Origin: an uncultured Acidimicrobiia bacterium
GTDB taxonomy: Bacteria > Actinomycetota > Acidimicrobiia > Acidimicrobiales > AC-14
DNA: 64,000 nucleotides
Assembly: GCA_963790325.1 (NCBI GenBank)
Contig: CAWBNY010000004.1
Span: 4,210-68,209, forward strand
Direction of reading: 5' to 3'
Position numbers and translations under genes: made by a program. The notes beneath the pieces are model-generated. The model made no database searches and had not been told where the DNA came from. It was given only the letters and a program-made list of their open reading frames with translations. Of this stretch, positions 34,887-44,987 are shown piece by piece. The first letter of the stretch is position 1. Each line of letters starts with the position of its first letter.

Positions 34887-35714
34887 TCAGGCGTCGATGC
34901 CGAGGAGGCGGGCCCGGGTGACGGCCCTCGCCCCTCGTTTGAGGCCGATGATCGCCACCATCCAGGCGATGGCGCCGACGATGAGGCCGCTGCCGCTGGC
35001 GCCGAGGAGGGCGCCGGTGGACTGGCCGTAGGAGAGGATGATCAGGGGCAGGGTCACCAGGCTCGACGCCTGTTGGGCGGCGGCCGCGCTCTTGACCCGG
35101 GCCGAGAGCCGGAGGACCACCGAGAGGGTGATGGCGAGGAACGGCGGGACCACCCACAGCATGAGCACCCACCAGGCCGGGGTGGGGAAGAACCAGCCGC
35201 CCACGTTGGGGCCCACGATGAGGTTGACGGCGAGGGAGTAGATCCCGAAGCCGACGAGGGTGGTCAGGTACCCGGGGACGAGGCTGGCCACGAGCTTGCC
35301 CAGGTAGATCTCCCGCTCCGAGGCCGGCGAGTGGGCCAGGAACTCGCCCGTCCCCTTCTCCTTCTCGCCGACGACGGTGTTGGCCGCGATGGCGGTGGAG
35401 ATGGTCATGGGCACGATCACCGCGAGGGGGGCGAAGAGGTACACGGCCAGGGCGTAGGTGGTGCGGTCGGCCGCGTTGGAACCCCGGACCGCCTCCTGCG
35501 CCTGCTGGGGGAGGAGCTCGAGGGCGGCCGACACCTTGGAGATGGTGGGGACGTCGCCCAGGTTGGTGATGGTCAGCAGGAGGATCACCGGGATCACGAC
35601 GAAGAAGAGGGCGGCCAGGATCAGCATGGGCAGCCAGAAGTCGGGGCTCTTGGCCAGCTGGCGGAGGTCGTTGCGGGCGACGGCCCACATGCGGGAGCGG
35701 TTCACCCGGTTCAC
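34887..35714 (-). CDS. ABC-2-type transporter permease
   Basis: Six hydrophobic segments are present. The start overlaps the ATPase stop (GTGA). Confidence 0.8.
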   Translation of the reverse strand: MNRVNRSRMWAVARNDLRQLAKSPDFWLPMLILAALFFVVIPVILLLTITNLGDVPTISKVSAALELLPQQAQEAVRGSNAADRTTYALAVYLFAPLAVIVPMTISTAIAANTVVGEKEKGTGEFLAHSPASEREIYLGKLVASLVPGYLTTLVGFGIYSLAVNLIVGPNVGGWFFPTPAWWVLMLWVVPPFLAITLSVVLRLSARVKSAAAAQQASSLVTLPLIILSYGQSTGALLGASGSGLIVGAIAWMVAIIGLKRGARAVTRARLLGIDA

Positions 35715-36685
35715 CGGTGTCGTACCCGCAGGTAGAGCTCCTCCAGGGAGGGCTCGTGGGGGGTGACCTTGGTCAGGCGGACGCCGACCGCGGCCAGGGA
35801 GGCGACTAGGTGCGGCACCCGGGCGATGTCGTCGAGCTGGACCTCGACCTCGTCGGCGTGGCCATCGGTGGGGGCGAAGCCGACCACACCGGGCATGAGC
35901 TGGAGGCGGTCGAGGCTGCCGGGGGCCTCGGCGCCGAAGACGACCATGGGGTGGGGCCAGAACCGGCGCATGAGCTCCTCCGGGGGACCGGCCATCACCG
36001 TGGTCCCGTCCTCCAGGAGGACGACCTCGTCGGCCAGGCCCTCGGCCTCGAGCAGGAGGTGGGTGCACATGACCACCGTCTTGCCGCCGGCGGCCATGTC
36101 GTCGACGAGGGCGAGGACGGCGTGGGACGACTCGGGGTCGAGGCCCGACGTGGGCTCGTCGAGGAGGAGGAGGTCGGGGTCGTGAAGGACGGCCCTCGCC
36201 AGGGCGAGCCGGGTCTTCATGCCCGTCGAGTAGCCGCCGACCTTGCGGTCGAGGGCGTCGACGATGCCGAAGCGGTCGGCGGCGTCGGTCACCGGCGCGT
36301 TCCGTCCGAGGCCGAAGAGCTCGGCTGCGTAGGCGAGGTTGTCTCGCCCGGTGAGTCGGTCGTAGAGGGCGGGCTTGGCCGCCACCACGCCGCACCGCCG
36401 GCGGACCTGCTCGCCCTCGGGGCCGGCCGGGTCGAGTCCGAAGACGCGGGCGGTGCCGGCCTCGGTGGTCAGGGCGCCGGTGATCACCCGCAGGGCGGTC
36501 GTCTTGCCCGCGCCGTTGGGACCGACGAGGACGGTGACCGACCCCGCCGGCACGGCCAGGGTCAGGCCGGCCAGGCCGGTGGCGGGTCCGAACGTCCGCC
36601 GGACCCCCGTGAGCTCCACGACCGCCGCCGGCCGGCCGGCGTCGGCAGGCACGGCATCGTCACGGACCGGGGTTCGGGTGTGCAC
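35711..36685 (-). CDS. ABC transporter ATP-binding protein
   Basis: Contains Walker A (GPNGAGKTT), the signature YSTGMKTRL and Walker B (LLLLDEPTSGLD). The start is uncertain (GTG at 36685). Confidence 0.9.
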   Translation of the reverse strand: MHTRTPVRDDAVPADAGRPAAVVELTGVRRTFGPATGLAGLTLAVPAGSVTVLVGPNGAGKTTALRVITGALTTEAGTARVFGLDPAGPEGEQVRRRCGVVAAKPALYDRLTGRDNLAYAAELFGLGRNAPVTDAADRFGIVDALDRKVGGYSTGMKTRLALARAVLHDPDLLLLDEPTSGLDPESSHAVLALVDDMAAGGKTVVMCTHLLLEAEGLADEVVLLEDGTTVMAGPPEELMRRFWPHPMVVFGAEAPGSLDRLQLMPGVVGFAPTDGHADEVEVQLDDIARVPHLVASLAAVGVRLTKVTPHEPSLEELYLRVRHR

Positions 36686-36813
36686 TGCCCGACAACATCG
36701 GCCGCCGGGGCCCTCGCCTTGAACCGGTGACGGATTCGGGGGCCCTGCCCCCGAGAAACGACCCCGGTTCGGCGGTTCGGCGGTTCGGCGGACGAGCCCG
36801 GTTCGGCGGGCGC

Positions 36814-39800
36814 TCAGGCCCGGAGGGGGCCCGTGAGGCGGCCGTGGGTGGCGAACCGGGAGCGGATGTCGCGGGGCAGGGACGCGGCGATCGTCTGCAG
36901 GGCGTCGCGGGCCTGGCGGCCGGGGGCGACCTCGGCCAGCAGCAGGGCCGAACCGGTGGGCACGGCCACCGCCGCCGCCTCCTCCCGATGTCCCAGCCGG
37001 GCCAGGGCCAGGGCCTGGTACTTGGCCGACCCCCGCTGCCGGGCCAGCTCGAGCAACAGCTCCGCCCGCGCCGGCTCCAACCGGCTCCCGACCTCGATCA
37101 GCCGCAGCTCGGCCCGCCAGCGGAACGGCAGCCACACCCGGATCAGCGGCTCCGCCTCCGCCACCAGCGCCGCCGCCGCCCCCTCGTCCCCCTCCATCAG
37201 CCGGCACTCGGCCGCCGCCAGCAGGGCGTGCAGCTCCTGTTCGGTCTGCAGCGACCCCGCCGCCACCTCCCGGGACTGCTCGATCGCCTCGCGGGCCAGA
37301 TCCTCCGCCCGGGCCACGTCCCCCAGCTCCCGCCACACCCACGAGAGCGTGGTCGACGTCCGGGCCCGGTAGAAGTGCACGTCGTAGCGGTTGAGCAGGC
37401 CCCGCTTGCGCTCGAGCACCCGCAGCGCCCCCGCCAGGTCGCCCAGGTTGGCCCGGGCCAGGCCGGCGAAGAACAGCGTCCGCAGCAGCGCCCGGAACGA
37501 TCCCGTCTCCTCGCAGGTGGCCATCGACCGGGCCAGCACGTCCCGGGCCTCGGCGAAGCGGTCCCCGTGTTCCAGCAGCGCTCCCAGACAGCTCAACGCG
37601 GACGCCACCGTGGACGGATCCGACTCCCCGTCGGTCATGGCCTGCTCGTAGGCGGCCGACGCCCCCGCCATGTCGCCCGCCCAGTGGCGTACCCGTCCCA
37701 CCAGCACCAACGCGCTCGCCTGGGCCCCCGGCGCGGCCGCCGCGGCCTCGGCCAGCGCCGTCGCCTGCACCGCGAAGTCGGCGGCCCGGTCGACGTCGCG
37801 CCCGTAATAGGCGGTCCACCCCAGCCGCTCCAGGGCCATCGCCTCCAAGGCCGAGTCGCCCGAGGCCCGGGCCAACGCCAGGGCCCGCTGGTGGTCGTCC
37901 CGGGCGCCGGCGTACTCGGCCAGCTCCTCCCGCACCTGCCCCCGCCGCAGCGACACCCGGCCCTCGGCGGCCGAATCCCCGGCGGCCGACGCCGCCGCCA
38001 CCGCCCGCCCGAACAGCCGCTCCGCATCCCGGTTGGCGAAGCGCCGGCGGGCGTCGGCCGCGGCTGCCGTCCACGCTTCGCACGCCCGCCGCCAGTCCCC
38101 CGCCGCCTCCCGGTGGACGGCCACCAGCTCGTGACGGTCGGCCACCAGCTCCGCGATCCGCCGGTGCCGGCTGGCCCGCACCGCCGGCGCCGTCGTCTCG
38201 TACAGAACGTCCTGGATGACGCTGTTGGCGAACGCCAGGTCGCCCGCCTTGGTCACCAGCAGCCCCGCCTCCAGCGCCCGTTGGGCCAGGCGGGCGGCGA
38301 CCTCCGACGCCACCTCCTGGACCCGCGCCACCAGGTCGAGGTCGAACGACGCCCCCGCCACCACCCCCACCCGGAGGAACTCCTCCACGTCACCGCCCGC
38401 CCGCCGGACCCGCTCCGTCACCACGTCCCGCAGCGACCGGCTGACCTCCAGGGCGTCGGCCGCCCGGTCGGAGTCGGCCGCCAGGCGGAACGCCTCCACC
38501 GAGAAGAGCACGTCGCCGCCGGTGAGCTCGTACACGGGAGCCGCCAGCTCGGGCACCCCCATGGCGGCCGCCAGCTGCTCCACCGCCGCCACCGGGAGGG
38601 GGCCGAGGTGGATCTCCCGGCCCAGGTGCTCGAGCGTCTCCATCGCCTCCCGGGCCTCCTCGGGACGCAGCGTCACCACCACGAGCATCCGCGCCTGGGA
38701 CAGGCGGCCGGCCATGAACCGCAACGCCTCGAGGGTGGAGGCGCCGGCATGCTCCAGGTCGTCCAGGACCAGCAACACCGGGTGCCGTTGGGCCAGGCGG
38801 GCGAAGAGCTCGGTCACCGCCTCCAGCGACCGCCGGTGCTCCAACTCCGGACCGGCTCGCTCGTAGGCGGACGTCGCCCCCGCCAGCCCCGACGCCACCG
38901 GGAGGCCGGGCAGCAGCTCCCGCAACGTCCCCGCCCAGCTGCCGACCAGCTCCGCCGCCACCTCGGCCGAAACCCCCTCCAGGTACTTCCGGACCGACTC
39001 CACGATGGGCTGGAGGAACAGCGACCGCTCGGCCTCGTTGCACCGGGCTCGCAATGTGACGCCGCCCGCCGCCTCCGCCACCGCCGCCGCCTCCAACGCC
39101 AGCCGGGACTTGCCCGACCCCGCGGGACCGCACACGAACACGAACGCGCTCCGCCCCGCGACCGCCGCCGCCCATGCCTCCCGCAGCAGGTACAGCTCCT
39201 GGCGCCGGCCCACCAGCGGCACCGCCCGGGCGGCGGGACCACCACGGATGCCGGCGCCCGACGCCCCCCGCAGCTCGGGCTCCGGACCGCCCCCGGCGAT
39301 GGCCTCGAACAGCACGAGGGTCTCGTCGGCCGGGGCCACGCCCAGTTCGTCGTGCAGCTCCCGCTCCAGCCGCTTGAACACCACCAGGGCCGCCCCCCGG
39401 TCCCCCCGCCGGTGGTTGGCCCGCATGAGGGCCCGGTGGGCGTCCTCGTCGAAGGAGTCGGCGTCGACCGCGGCGGTGGCCGCCTCCAGGGCGGTGGCGG
39501 TGTCGCCCAGCTCCAGAGCCGCCGCCCACACGCACGCCCGGGCCCGCCGTTGCAGGCGCGCCACCCGCCGCCGCGGCCCCTGGGCCCACGGCGCGTAGGG
39601 CTCGTCCTCCAGCAGCTCGCCCGCGTCGAGGACGGCCAGCGCCCGCCGCCCGGCCGTCGCCGCCGGCCCGAACGCTCCCGCCCCCAGCCGGGACTCGGCC
39701 TCCGCCACCAGCCCCTCGGCCTCGTGGAAATCGGTCTCGAGGTCGGCCCGGTAGCCCGACCGGCCGCCTTGGATGCGGTCGCGGCCGACCAGCCGCCGCA

Positions 39801-40008
39801 GCCGGCTGACCAGTGACGCCACGTTCTGCTCGGCCTTGGCCGGTGCGCCGTCGGGCCACAGATCGTCGATGATGCGGTCGGTGGGGACGAGGTGGCCGGA
39901 CTCCACCGCCAGCATCCCCAGCAGGCTCGACGCCCGCCCCGCCGGCAGCTCGGCGACCCGCGCCCCGTCGACGAACAGGCGCAGCGGTCCCACCAGCCGG
40001 ACCCGCAC
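36814..40008 (-). CDS. SARP/AfsR-like regulator: winged-helix + BTAD + P-loop NTPase + TPR
   Basis: The N-terminus VRVRLVGPLRL is followed by a BTAD region (HRALMRANHRRGDRGAAL..F..L...L..ELGV.P), a P-loop (GPAGSGKS) and a long TPR-like C-terminus. The ORF track allows a start up to 40221. Confidence 0.85.
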   Translation of the reverse strand: MRVRLVGPLRLFVDGARVAELPAGRASSLLGMLAVESGHLVPTDRIIDDLWPDGAPAKAEQNVASLVSRLRRLVGRDRIQGGRSGYRADLETDFHEAEGLVAEAESRLGAGAFGPAATAGRRALAVLDAGELLEDEPYAPWAQGPRRRVARLQRRARACVWAAALELGDTATALEAATAAVDADSFDEDAHRALMRANHRRGDRGAALVVFKRLERELHDELGVAPADETLVLFEAIAGGGPEPELRGASGAGIRGGPAARAVPLVGRRQELYLLREAWAAAVAGRSAFVFVCGPAGSGKSRLALEAAAVAEAAGGVTLRARCNEAERSLFLQPIVESVRKYLEGVSAEVAAELVGSWAGTLRELLPGLPVASGLAGATSAYERAGPELEHRRSLEAVTELFARLAQRHPVLLVLDDLEHAGASTLEALRFMAGRLSQARMLVVVTLRPEEAREAMETLEHLGREIHLGPLPVAAVEQLAAAMGVPELAAPVYELTGGDVLFSVEAFRLAADSDRAADALEVSRSLRDVVTERVRRAGGDVEEFLRVGVVAGASFDLDLVARVQEVASEVAARLAQRALEAGLLVTKAGDLAFANSVIQDVLYETTAPAVRASRHRRIAELVADRHELVAVHREAAGDWRRACEAWTAAAADARRRFANRDAERLFGRAVAAASAAGDSAAEGRVSLRRGQVREELAEYAGARDDHQRALALARASGDSALEAMALERLGWTAYYGRDVDRAADFAVQATALAEAAAAAPGAQASALVLVGRVRHWAGDMAGASAAYEQAMTDGESDPSTVASALSCLGALLEHGDRFAEARDVLARSMATCEETGSFRALLRTLFFAGLARANLGDLAGALRVLERKRGLLNRYDVHFYRARTSTTLSWVWRELGDVARAEDLAREAIEQSREVAAGSLQTEQELHALLAAAECRLMEGDEGAAAALVAEAEPLIRVWLPFRWRAELRLIEVGSRLEPARAELLLELARQRGSAKYQALALARLGHREEAAAVAVPTGSALLLAEVAPGRQARDALQTIAASLPRDIRSRFATHGRLTGPLRA

Positions 40009-40084
40009 CGTGCCGGTCACCTGCGCCACCGGGCAGAAACTACCGGTCCACCTCCCGGACGTTGCCGCCGACAACACTGAGGCG

Positions 40085-40870
40085 ATGGGTGCCCCCCACC
40101 TCACCGCCGGCTGGGAACCCGACCTCGACGTCGGCGACACCCTGCTGCGGGCATTCGTCTTCGCCATCGCCGACCGCCTGACGACGATGGCCGACGGCGT
40201 CGGCGGCCGCCTGCGCCGCACTCCCGAGGCGGCCTACGCCGATCCCCACTCCGCCTTCGTGTTCGACAACGGGGTGGTCCTCCTCCAGCCTCCGGGCGTG
40301 ATCGACATCCACCGGGTGGTCGAGGAGGCGTTGGCCTTCTACCCGCCCGAGCGCACGTGGATCCTCTTCTCCGCCTGGCCCCTGCCCGACCTCTCCCCCG
40401 CCGGCCTCGAGCTCGTCGGCCACCCGCCGTTCCTCCTGCGGGCGCCGGCCCCCTTCACCCGGCCCGACCCGCCCGGCAGCCGCGTCGTCGAGGTCGGCAC
40501 GGCCGAGGAGCTGGCCGACTTCGAAAAGGTCCTGGTCGAGGGCTACCCCATGCCCGAGGGCGGGGCCATCATCGACCACCGCCTGCTGGGCGGCCCCGTC
40601 CGCCTGTGGGTCGGCTACGACGGCGACCGGGCCGTCGCCGTCTCCGGCGCCCACGTGGCCCACGGGGTGATCGAGGTGGACTGGGTGGCCACCCTCCCCG
40701 ACGTGCGGGGGCGGGGCTTCGGCGCCGCCCTCACCGGCCGCGCCGCCGGCTGCCGGCCGGAGCTACCCGCGGTCCTGGTGGCCAGCGACGACGGGCGGCC
40801 GATCTACGAGCGCCTCGGTTTCCTGCCCATCCACCGGTGCACCATCTGGACCCGCCCGGGACGATCCTGA
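40085..40870 (+). CDS. GNAT-family N-acetyltransferase
   Basis: The C-terminal acetyl-CoA binding context is VATLPDVRGRGFGAALT...YERLGF. Confidence 0.7.
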   Translation: MGAPHLTAGWEPDLDVGDTLLRAFVFAIADRLTTMADGVGGRLRRTPEAAYADPHSAFVFDNGVVLLQPPGVIDIHRVVEEALAFYPPERTWILFSAWPLPDLSPAGLELVGHPPFLLRAPAPFTRPDPPGSRVVEVGTAEELADFEKVLVEGYPMPEGGAIIDHRLLGGPVRLWVGYDGDRAVAVSGAHVAHGVIEVDWVATLPDVRGRGFGAALTGRAAGCRPELPAVLVASDDGRPIYERLGFLPIHRCTIWTRPGRS

Positions 40871-40896
40871 GGGTCGGCGGCGTTGCACCGGTCATC

Positions 40897-41616
40897 ATGA
40901 GAGTCGAGATCTGGTCCGACGTCGTCTGCCCCTGGTGCTACATCGGCAAGCGCCACTTCGAGTCCGCCCTCGCCCGGTTCGAGCATCGCGACCAGGTCGA
41001 GCTGGTGTGGCGGGCGTTCGAGCTCGACCCGGGTGCGCCGGTGGAGCGGACGGGCCGCTACATCGACCGGCTGGCGTCGAAGTACCGCATCCCGGAGGCG
41101 GAGGCGGAGGCCATGATCGAGCGGATGACCCGGGTCGGCGACGACGCCGGGGTCGACTTCCGCTTCGACACGTCCCGCCCGGGCAACACGTTCGACGCCC
41201 ACCGCCTCATCCACCTGGGACTGGCGCGGGGCGTGCAGGACGCGGTGAAGGAGCGGCTGATGGCGGCCACGTTCAGCGAGGGCCGGCCGACGGGTCGCCG
41301 GGAGACCTTGGTCGAGGTGGCGGCGGAGGCCGGCCTCGACACCGACGAGGTGGCGGCCGTGCTCGATGGCGACCGCTACGCCGACGAGGTGCGGGCCGAC
41401 GAGGCCACCGCCCGGGCGTTCGGGATCACCGCGGTGCCGTTCTTCGTGATCGACCGGGCCTACGGGGTGCCCGGCGCCCAGCACCCCGACGTCCTCCTCG
41501 ACGTCCTGCGCCAGGCGTGGGCGGCGAGCGAGGCGGCCGCTCCGTCGGCGCTGGTCAGCACCGGCAGCGAGGGCCGCGGCGACGAGGCGTGCGAGGACGA
41601 CAGCTGCGCCGTCTGA
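40897..41616 (+). CDS. DsbA-family thiol oxidoreductase (FrnE/HCCA isomerase-like)
   Basis: Contains the CxxC motif in VEIWSDVVCPWCYIGKRHFE, and later GITAVPFFVID. Confidence 0.9.
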   Translation: MRVEIWSDVVCPWCYIGKRHFESALARFEHRDQVELVWRAFELDPGAPVERTGRYIDRLASKYRIPEAEAEAMIERMTRVGDDAGVDFRFDTSRPGNTFDAHRLIHLGLARGVQDAVKERLMAATFSEGRPTGRRETLVEVAAEAGLDTDEVAAVLDGDRYADEVRADEATARAFGITAVPFFVIDRAYGVPGAQHPDVLLDVLRQAWAASEAAAPSALVSTGSEGRGDEACEDDSCAV

Positions 41617-42242
41617 CGGCCGCGGCCGTCGCCGCGGTCCTCCTGTTCGCCGGGTGTGGCGGGGAGCCCGGTGGCGAACCGGCCGCCGGGCCCGGACCGG
41701 CGGCGGTCGCCACGTCATTGCCCGTGGGTGTCACCGGCGCCGTCGACCTGCGCCGGCTGGTGGTGCAGCAGGCCCCCGACGACTACCAGCTCCTCGCCTC
41801 GCCCCCGTTCGGGGCGGTCGACCTCCGGCGGCTGCTGGCCGAGTTCTCCGACGCCCCCGCCGCCGACGAGGTCATCCTGGAGGACGCCGGCTTCCAGGCC
41901 GGTTACACCCGGGGCTGGCAGCGGGAGAGCCCGCGGGCCTTCCTCGGGGTGTTCGTGTTCGAGTTCGCCGACGAGGAAGGGGCCCGGTCGGCCCGGGATG
42001 GCTTCGCCGCCCAGAACGCCACCGTGAAGGGCGCCAGCCGGTTCCCGGTCGCCTCGGTGGCCGGCGCCGTCGGCGAGTCTTACACCCGGCACCTCGACGA
42101 ACGGCCGCCCGAGCGGGTCCACCTGGTCACCTTCGTCCGGGGGCCCCGGCTCTACCAGGTGGGCGGGCAGTTCGACGACCTGACCGCCACCGTCGACGAG
42201 ACCGTCCGCTTCGCCGAGGCCCAGGACCGGGTGGCCGGCTAG
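41589..42242 (+). CDS. lipoprotein, unknown function
   Basis: From the GTG start the signal peptide is RGRQLRRLTAAAVAAVLLFAGC, which includes a lipobox. Confidence 0.65.
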   Translation: MRGRQLRRLTAAAVAAVLLFAGCGGEPGGEPAAGPGPAAVATSLPVGVTGAVDLRRLVVQQAPDDYQLLASPPFGAVDLRRLLAEFSDAPAADEVILEDAGFQAGYTRGWQRESPRAFLGVFVFEFADEEGARSARDGFAAQNATVKGASRFPVASVAGAVGESYTRHLDERPPERVHLVTFVRGPRLYQVGGQFDDLTATVDETVRFAEAQDRVAG

Positions 42243-42967
42243 GTCTTCGCCAGATCCCGCAGGTCGAGCACGGTTCCGTTCTCGAGGTCGGCGTCGAGGA
42301 GGCTCCAGATGTCCCGGGCCACCGCCACGGGGTCGGCCAGCTTCCCGGCGGTGTGGAGATCGACGAACTTCTGGCGGCTGGGGAAGTCCCGCTCCGGCGT
42401 CCTGCGCATGAGGGCCTGCATGCCGGTGTCGACGGTCCCCGGGGCTACGGCCAGCACCCGCACCCCGCCCCGCTTGTCCTGCTCGGCGCCCACGTTGCGG
42501 ACCCACTGGTCGACCCCCGCCTTGGCCGCCCCGTACGACGACCACCCCGGGTAGACGCTCTTGGCCGCCCCCGAGGTCAACATGACGAGAAATCGGCGGG
42601 CGGCGACATCGCGCACCGCGGCGATGAACATGTGCCCCACGACCTGCGGCGACGCGCTGTTGAGGACGACGTTGCGGGCGTAGGTGTCTTCGTCGACCTC
42701 GCCCGCGAACCCGATGGGGTCGAGGGTGCCGGCGGCGTGGACGAAGACGACGTGGTCGCCCTCGAAGCGGGCGAGCTCGGAGCGGAAGGACTCGGCCACG
42801 GCCGGCCACGAGGCCGGGTCGGAGAGGTCGGCGGCGAGGTGGTCGACACCGTCGAGGGGGGTGCGGCTGATGCCGATGACCCTGGCGTCCGGCCACGGGA
42901 CGGTGCTGGCCAGCGCCTGACCGATACCGCCCGAGGCGCCCGAGATCCAGATCAGTGCGTTCGTCAT
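42239..42967 (-). CDS. short-chain dehydrogenase/reductase (SDR)
   Basis: Contains the TGxxxGxG-type motif ISGASGGIGQAL and the catalytic YGAAKAG. Confidence 0.9.
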   Translation of the reverse strand: MTNALIWISGASGGIGQALASTVPWPDARVIGISRTPLDGVDHLAADLSDPASWPAVAESFRSELARFEGDHVVFVHAAGTLDPIGFAGEVDEDTYARNVVLNSASPQVVGHMFIAAVRDVAARRFLVMLTSGAAKSVYPGWSSYGAAKAGVDQWVRNVGAEQDKRGGVRVLAVAPGTVDTGMQALMRRTPERDFPSRQKFVDLHTAGKLADPVAVARDIWSLLDADLENGTVLDLRDLAKT

Positions 42968-43004
42968 GGGTGCGAAGCTACCCAGGTGCCACAATGACCA
43001 TGGC

Positions 43005-43697
43005 ATGGGGCTGTTCGTGCACCTGGTGGTCCTCACCGTGCTCGACGACGAGCTCGTGGCCCTGGTCGGGGTCGAGCACCCCAACCGCCTCGTCCTGCCC
43101 GGAGGGCCCGTCGTCGACGACGAGGACCTCGTCGCCGCCGCCGACCGCCACCTGTGGGAGCTCACCGGCCTGGAGTCGGAGCGGGTGCACGTCGAGCAAC
43201 TGGCGACCTACGGCCTGCCCCGGCGGGTGACGGTTGCGTACCTGGTCGTCGTGCCCGGCCTGGCCGCGGCCGACATCACCGAGATCGACGAGCCGGGCGG
43301 CGTGGACGACGACACCCACGACACCCACGGGTCCGACGACACCGACGCGGAGTGGCTCCCCGTCGGCGAGCTGCTCGAGAACCCGGCCTGCCTGGCGTTC
43401 GACCACCACGCGGTCCTGGCCGACGGGGTGGAGCGGACCCGGTCAAAGCTCGAGTACTCGCCCCTCGGAACCGCTTTCTGCCCCGACGAGTTCACCATCG
43501 GCGACCTCCGGCGGGTGTACCAGGCGGTGTGGGACACGTCGCTCGACCCCCGCAACTTCCACCGCAAGGTGTCGGGGACGGCCGACTTCCTCGTCGAGAC
43601 GGGCCGCATCACCCATGGCGAGGCCGGCCGCCCCGCCCGCCTCTACCGGCGAGGCGACGTCGACCGCCTCCATCCCGCCTTCCTCCGGCCGACCTGA
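43005..43697 (+). CDS. Nudix-like domain + winged-helix protein (NrtR-like regulator candidate)
   Basis: The Nudix box is degenerate (LPGGPVVDDEDLVAAADRHLWELTG). The C-terminal pattern FTIGDLRRVYQAVWDTSLDPRNFHRKV is typical of NrtR-type wHTH domains. Confidence 0.65.
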   Translation: MGLFVHLVVLTVLDDELVALVGVEHPNRLVLPGGPVVDDEDLVAAADRHLWELTGLESERVHVEQLATYGLPRRVTVAYLVVVPGLAAADITEIDEPGGVDDDTHDTHGSDDTDAEWLPVGELLENPACLAFDHHAVLADGVERTRSKLEYSPLGTAFCPDEFTIGDLRRVYQAVWDTSLDPRNFHRKVSGTADFLVETGRITHGEAGRPARLYRRGDVDRLHPAFLRPT

Positions 43698-43739
43698 GGG
43701 CGCCCGCGGTGTGGGTGGCGGGTGCGGATCGCCAGCCGA

Positions 43740-44987
43740 TCACCCGGCGATACGAAACACCGCCCGCACCAGCGGCTCGAAGTGGTCGAGGGCGGGCGTG
43801 TCGTAGGCGGGGTCGAAGGACGCCTGGTCCCACTCGTCGGCGAAGACCTCGGCCTGGGCGAACCAGGGCGCGCCGCGGTGGCGCTCCCGGGCCTCGGGGT
43901 CGCCGCCCAGGTGCTCGGCGAAGTGGCGGGCCTGGAAGTCCTGGTGCCAGCGCACCAGTTGGTAGACGTCGTCGGCCACGTACGGGCGGAGGATCTCGGC
44001 CGACACCGCCCCATGGTTGGCCCATGACACCGCCTTGCCCACGTCGTGGCAGAGGGCGGCCACCACCAGCTCGGCCGACGCCCCCGCCCGCTCGGCCCGG
44101 GCCGCGGTCTGGCAGGCGTGGGTGAGCTGGTCGACGGGGAAGCCCGCCTCCAGACCGGCCATCGTCCGGAGCAGCCCCAGGACCGAGTCGGCCGCCCGGG
44201 GCCGGTCGGCGACCAGGCCCCGGTCGACCGCGGCCCACTGCCCGCCGGTGAAGGAGTCCATGGCCGTCACCGGAAGTAGGCCCGGGCGCGCCGAACCGGG
44301 ATCCATCCCGTCCAGCACCGACGCCTGCAGCCGGGAGTAGTACAGGTCGTGCAGATCGCCGTACCGGGCGGCGGCGTAGCTGAGGAACAGCTGCCGCCGG
44401 GGCCGGGCCGTGCGGTTGTCGCCGCTGCGGTGGGGCGTGAGGGAGTGGAAGGCGACCACGTCGCCGGCCCGGGTCTCGGCCAGGAACCCGGCCGCCGGCA
44501 GCGCGTCGTCGGGGATGTCGGCCGGGCGGCCCTCCTCGGTCAGCAGGCGATGGTGCAGGCCGGCGAACAGCTCCACCGCCCCATTGTCGGCTGTGGCCGC
44601 GTCCACCGCCACCACCACCGTGACCAGGGCCGATGGCGGCACCGGTAGCCAGTGCCAGTAGGCGTAGTCCTGGTGGGCGAGGTAGCCCCGGGCCCCCGGC
44701 GGCTTGAAGATGAGCTTGTCCTTGAACAGCGCCGCCTCCTCCCCGAGCAGCTCCGCCGCCAGCGACGACAGCCCCGCCGCCACCGAGGCCAGCGCCGGCG
44801 ACAGGTCGATCACCGGGTCGAGCCGATCGGGTGGCCGTCGCGAGTTGAGGACGTGGGTGCGCAGGTTGTCGGGGTGGAACACGCCCGACGCCTCCAGCCG
44901 GTCGCACTCGGCCGCCCAGGTCGCGACCTCGTCGTCCCCGAACACGGCCGGGACGACCACGAACCCGTCCTCCAGGTAGGAAGTCAC
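43740..44987 (-). CDS. fusion protein: phytanoyl-CoA dioxygenase (PhyH) family Fe/2OG oxygenase + HD-domain protein (PhnY/PhnZ-like arrangement)
   Basis: The N-terminal half has the PhyH pattern (YLEDGFVVV...GYLAHQDYAYW...AFHSLTPHRSGDN). The C-terminal half is an HD domain (QLTHACQTA...ALCHDVGK...RWHQD). The frame is continuous with no stop between them. The GTG start overlaps the upstream stop. Confidence 0.8.
   Translation of the reverse strand: MTSYLEDGFVVVPAVFGDDEVATWAAECDRLEASGVFHPDNLRTHVLNSRRPPDRLDPVIDLSPALASVAAGLSSLAAELLGEEAALFKDKLIFKPPGARGYLAHQDYAYWHWLPVPPSALVTVVVAVDAATADNGAVELFAGLHHRLLTEEGRPADIPDDALPAAGFLAETRAGDVVAFHSLTPHRSGDNRTARPRRQLFLSYAAARYGDLHDLYYSRLQASVLDGMDPGSARPGLLPVTAMDSFTGGQWAAVDRGLVADRPRAADSVLGLLRTMAGLEAGFPVDQLTHACQTAARAERAGASAELVVAALCHDVGKAVSWANHGAVSAEILRPYVADDVYQLVRWHQDFQARHFAEHLGGDPEARERHRGAPWFAQAEVFADEWDQASFDPAYDTPALDHFEPLVRAVFRIAG

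Noticed and set aside
36727-39816. Very long ORFs antisense to, or out of frame with, annotated genes. Examples are 36727-39816 (+, 1029 aa), 9135-11396 (-), 8069-9529 (-), 17713-19386 (-), 22430-24847 (+) and 58584-61145 (+).
   Set aside because: Their translations are Arg/Pro/Gly/Ala low-complexity sequences typical of stop-poor alternative frames in very GC-rich DNA. The opposite or alternative frame carries clear family motifs in each case.
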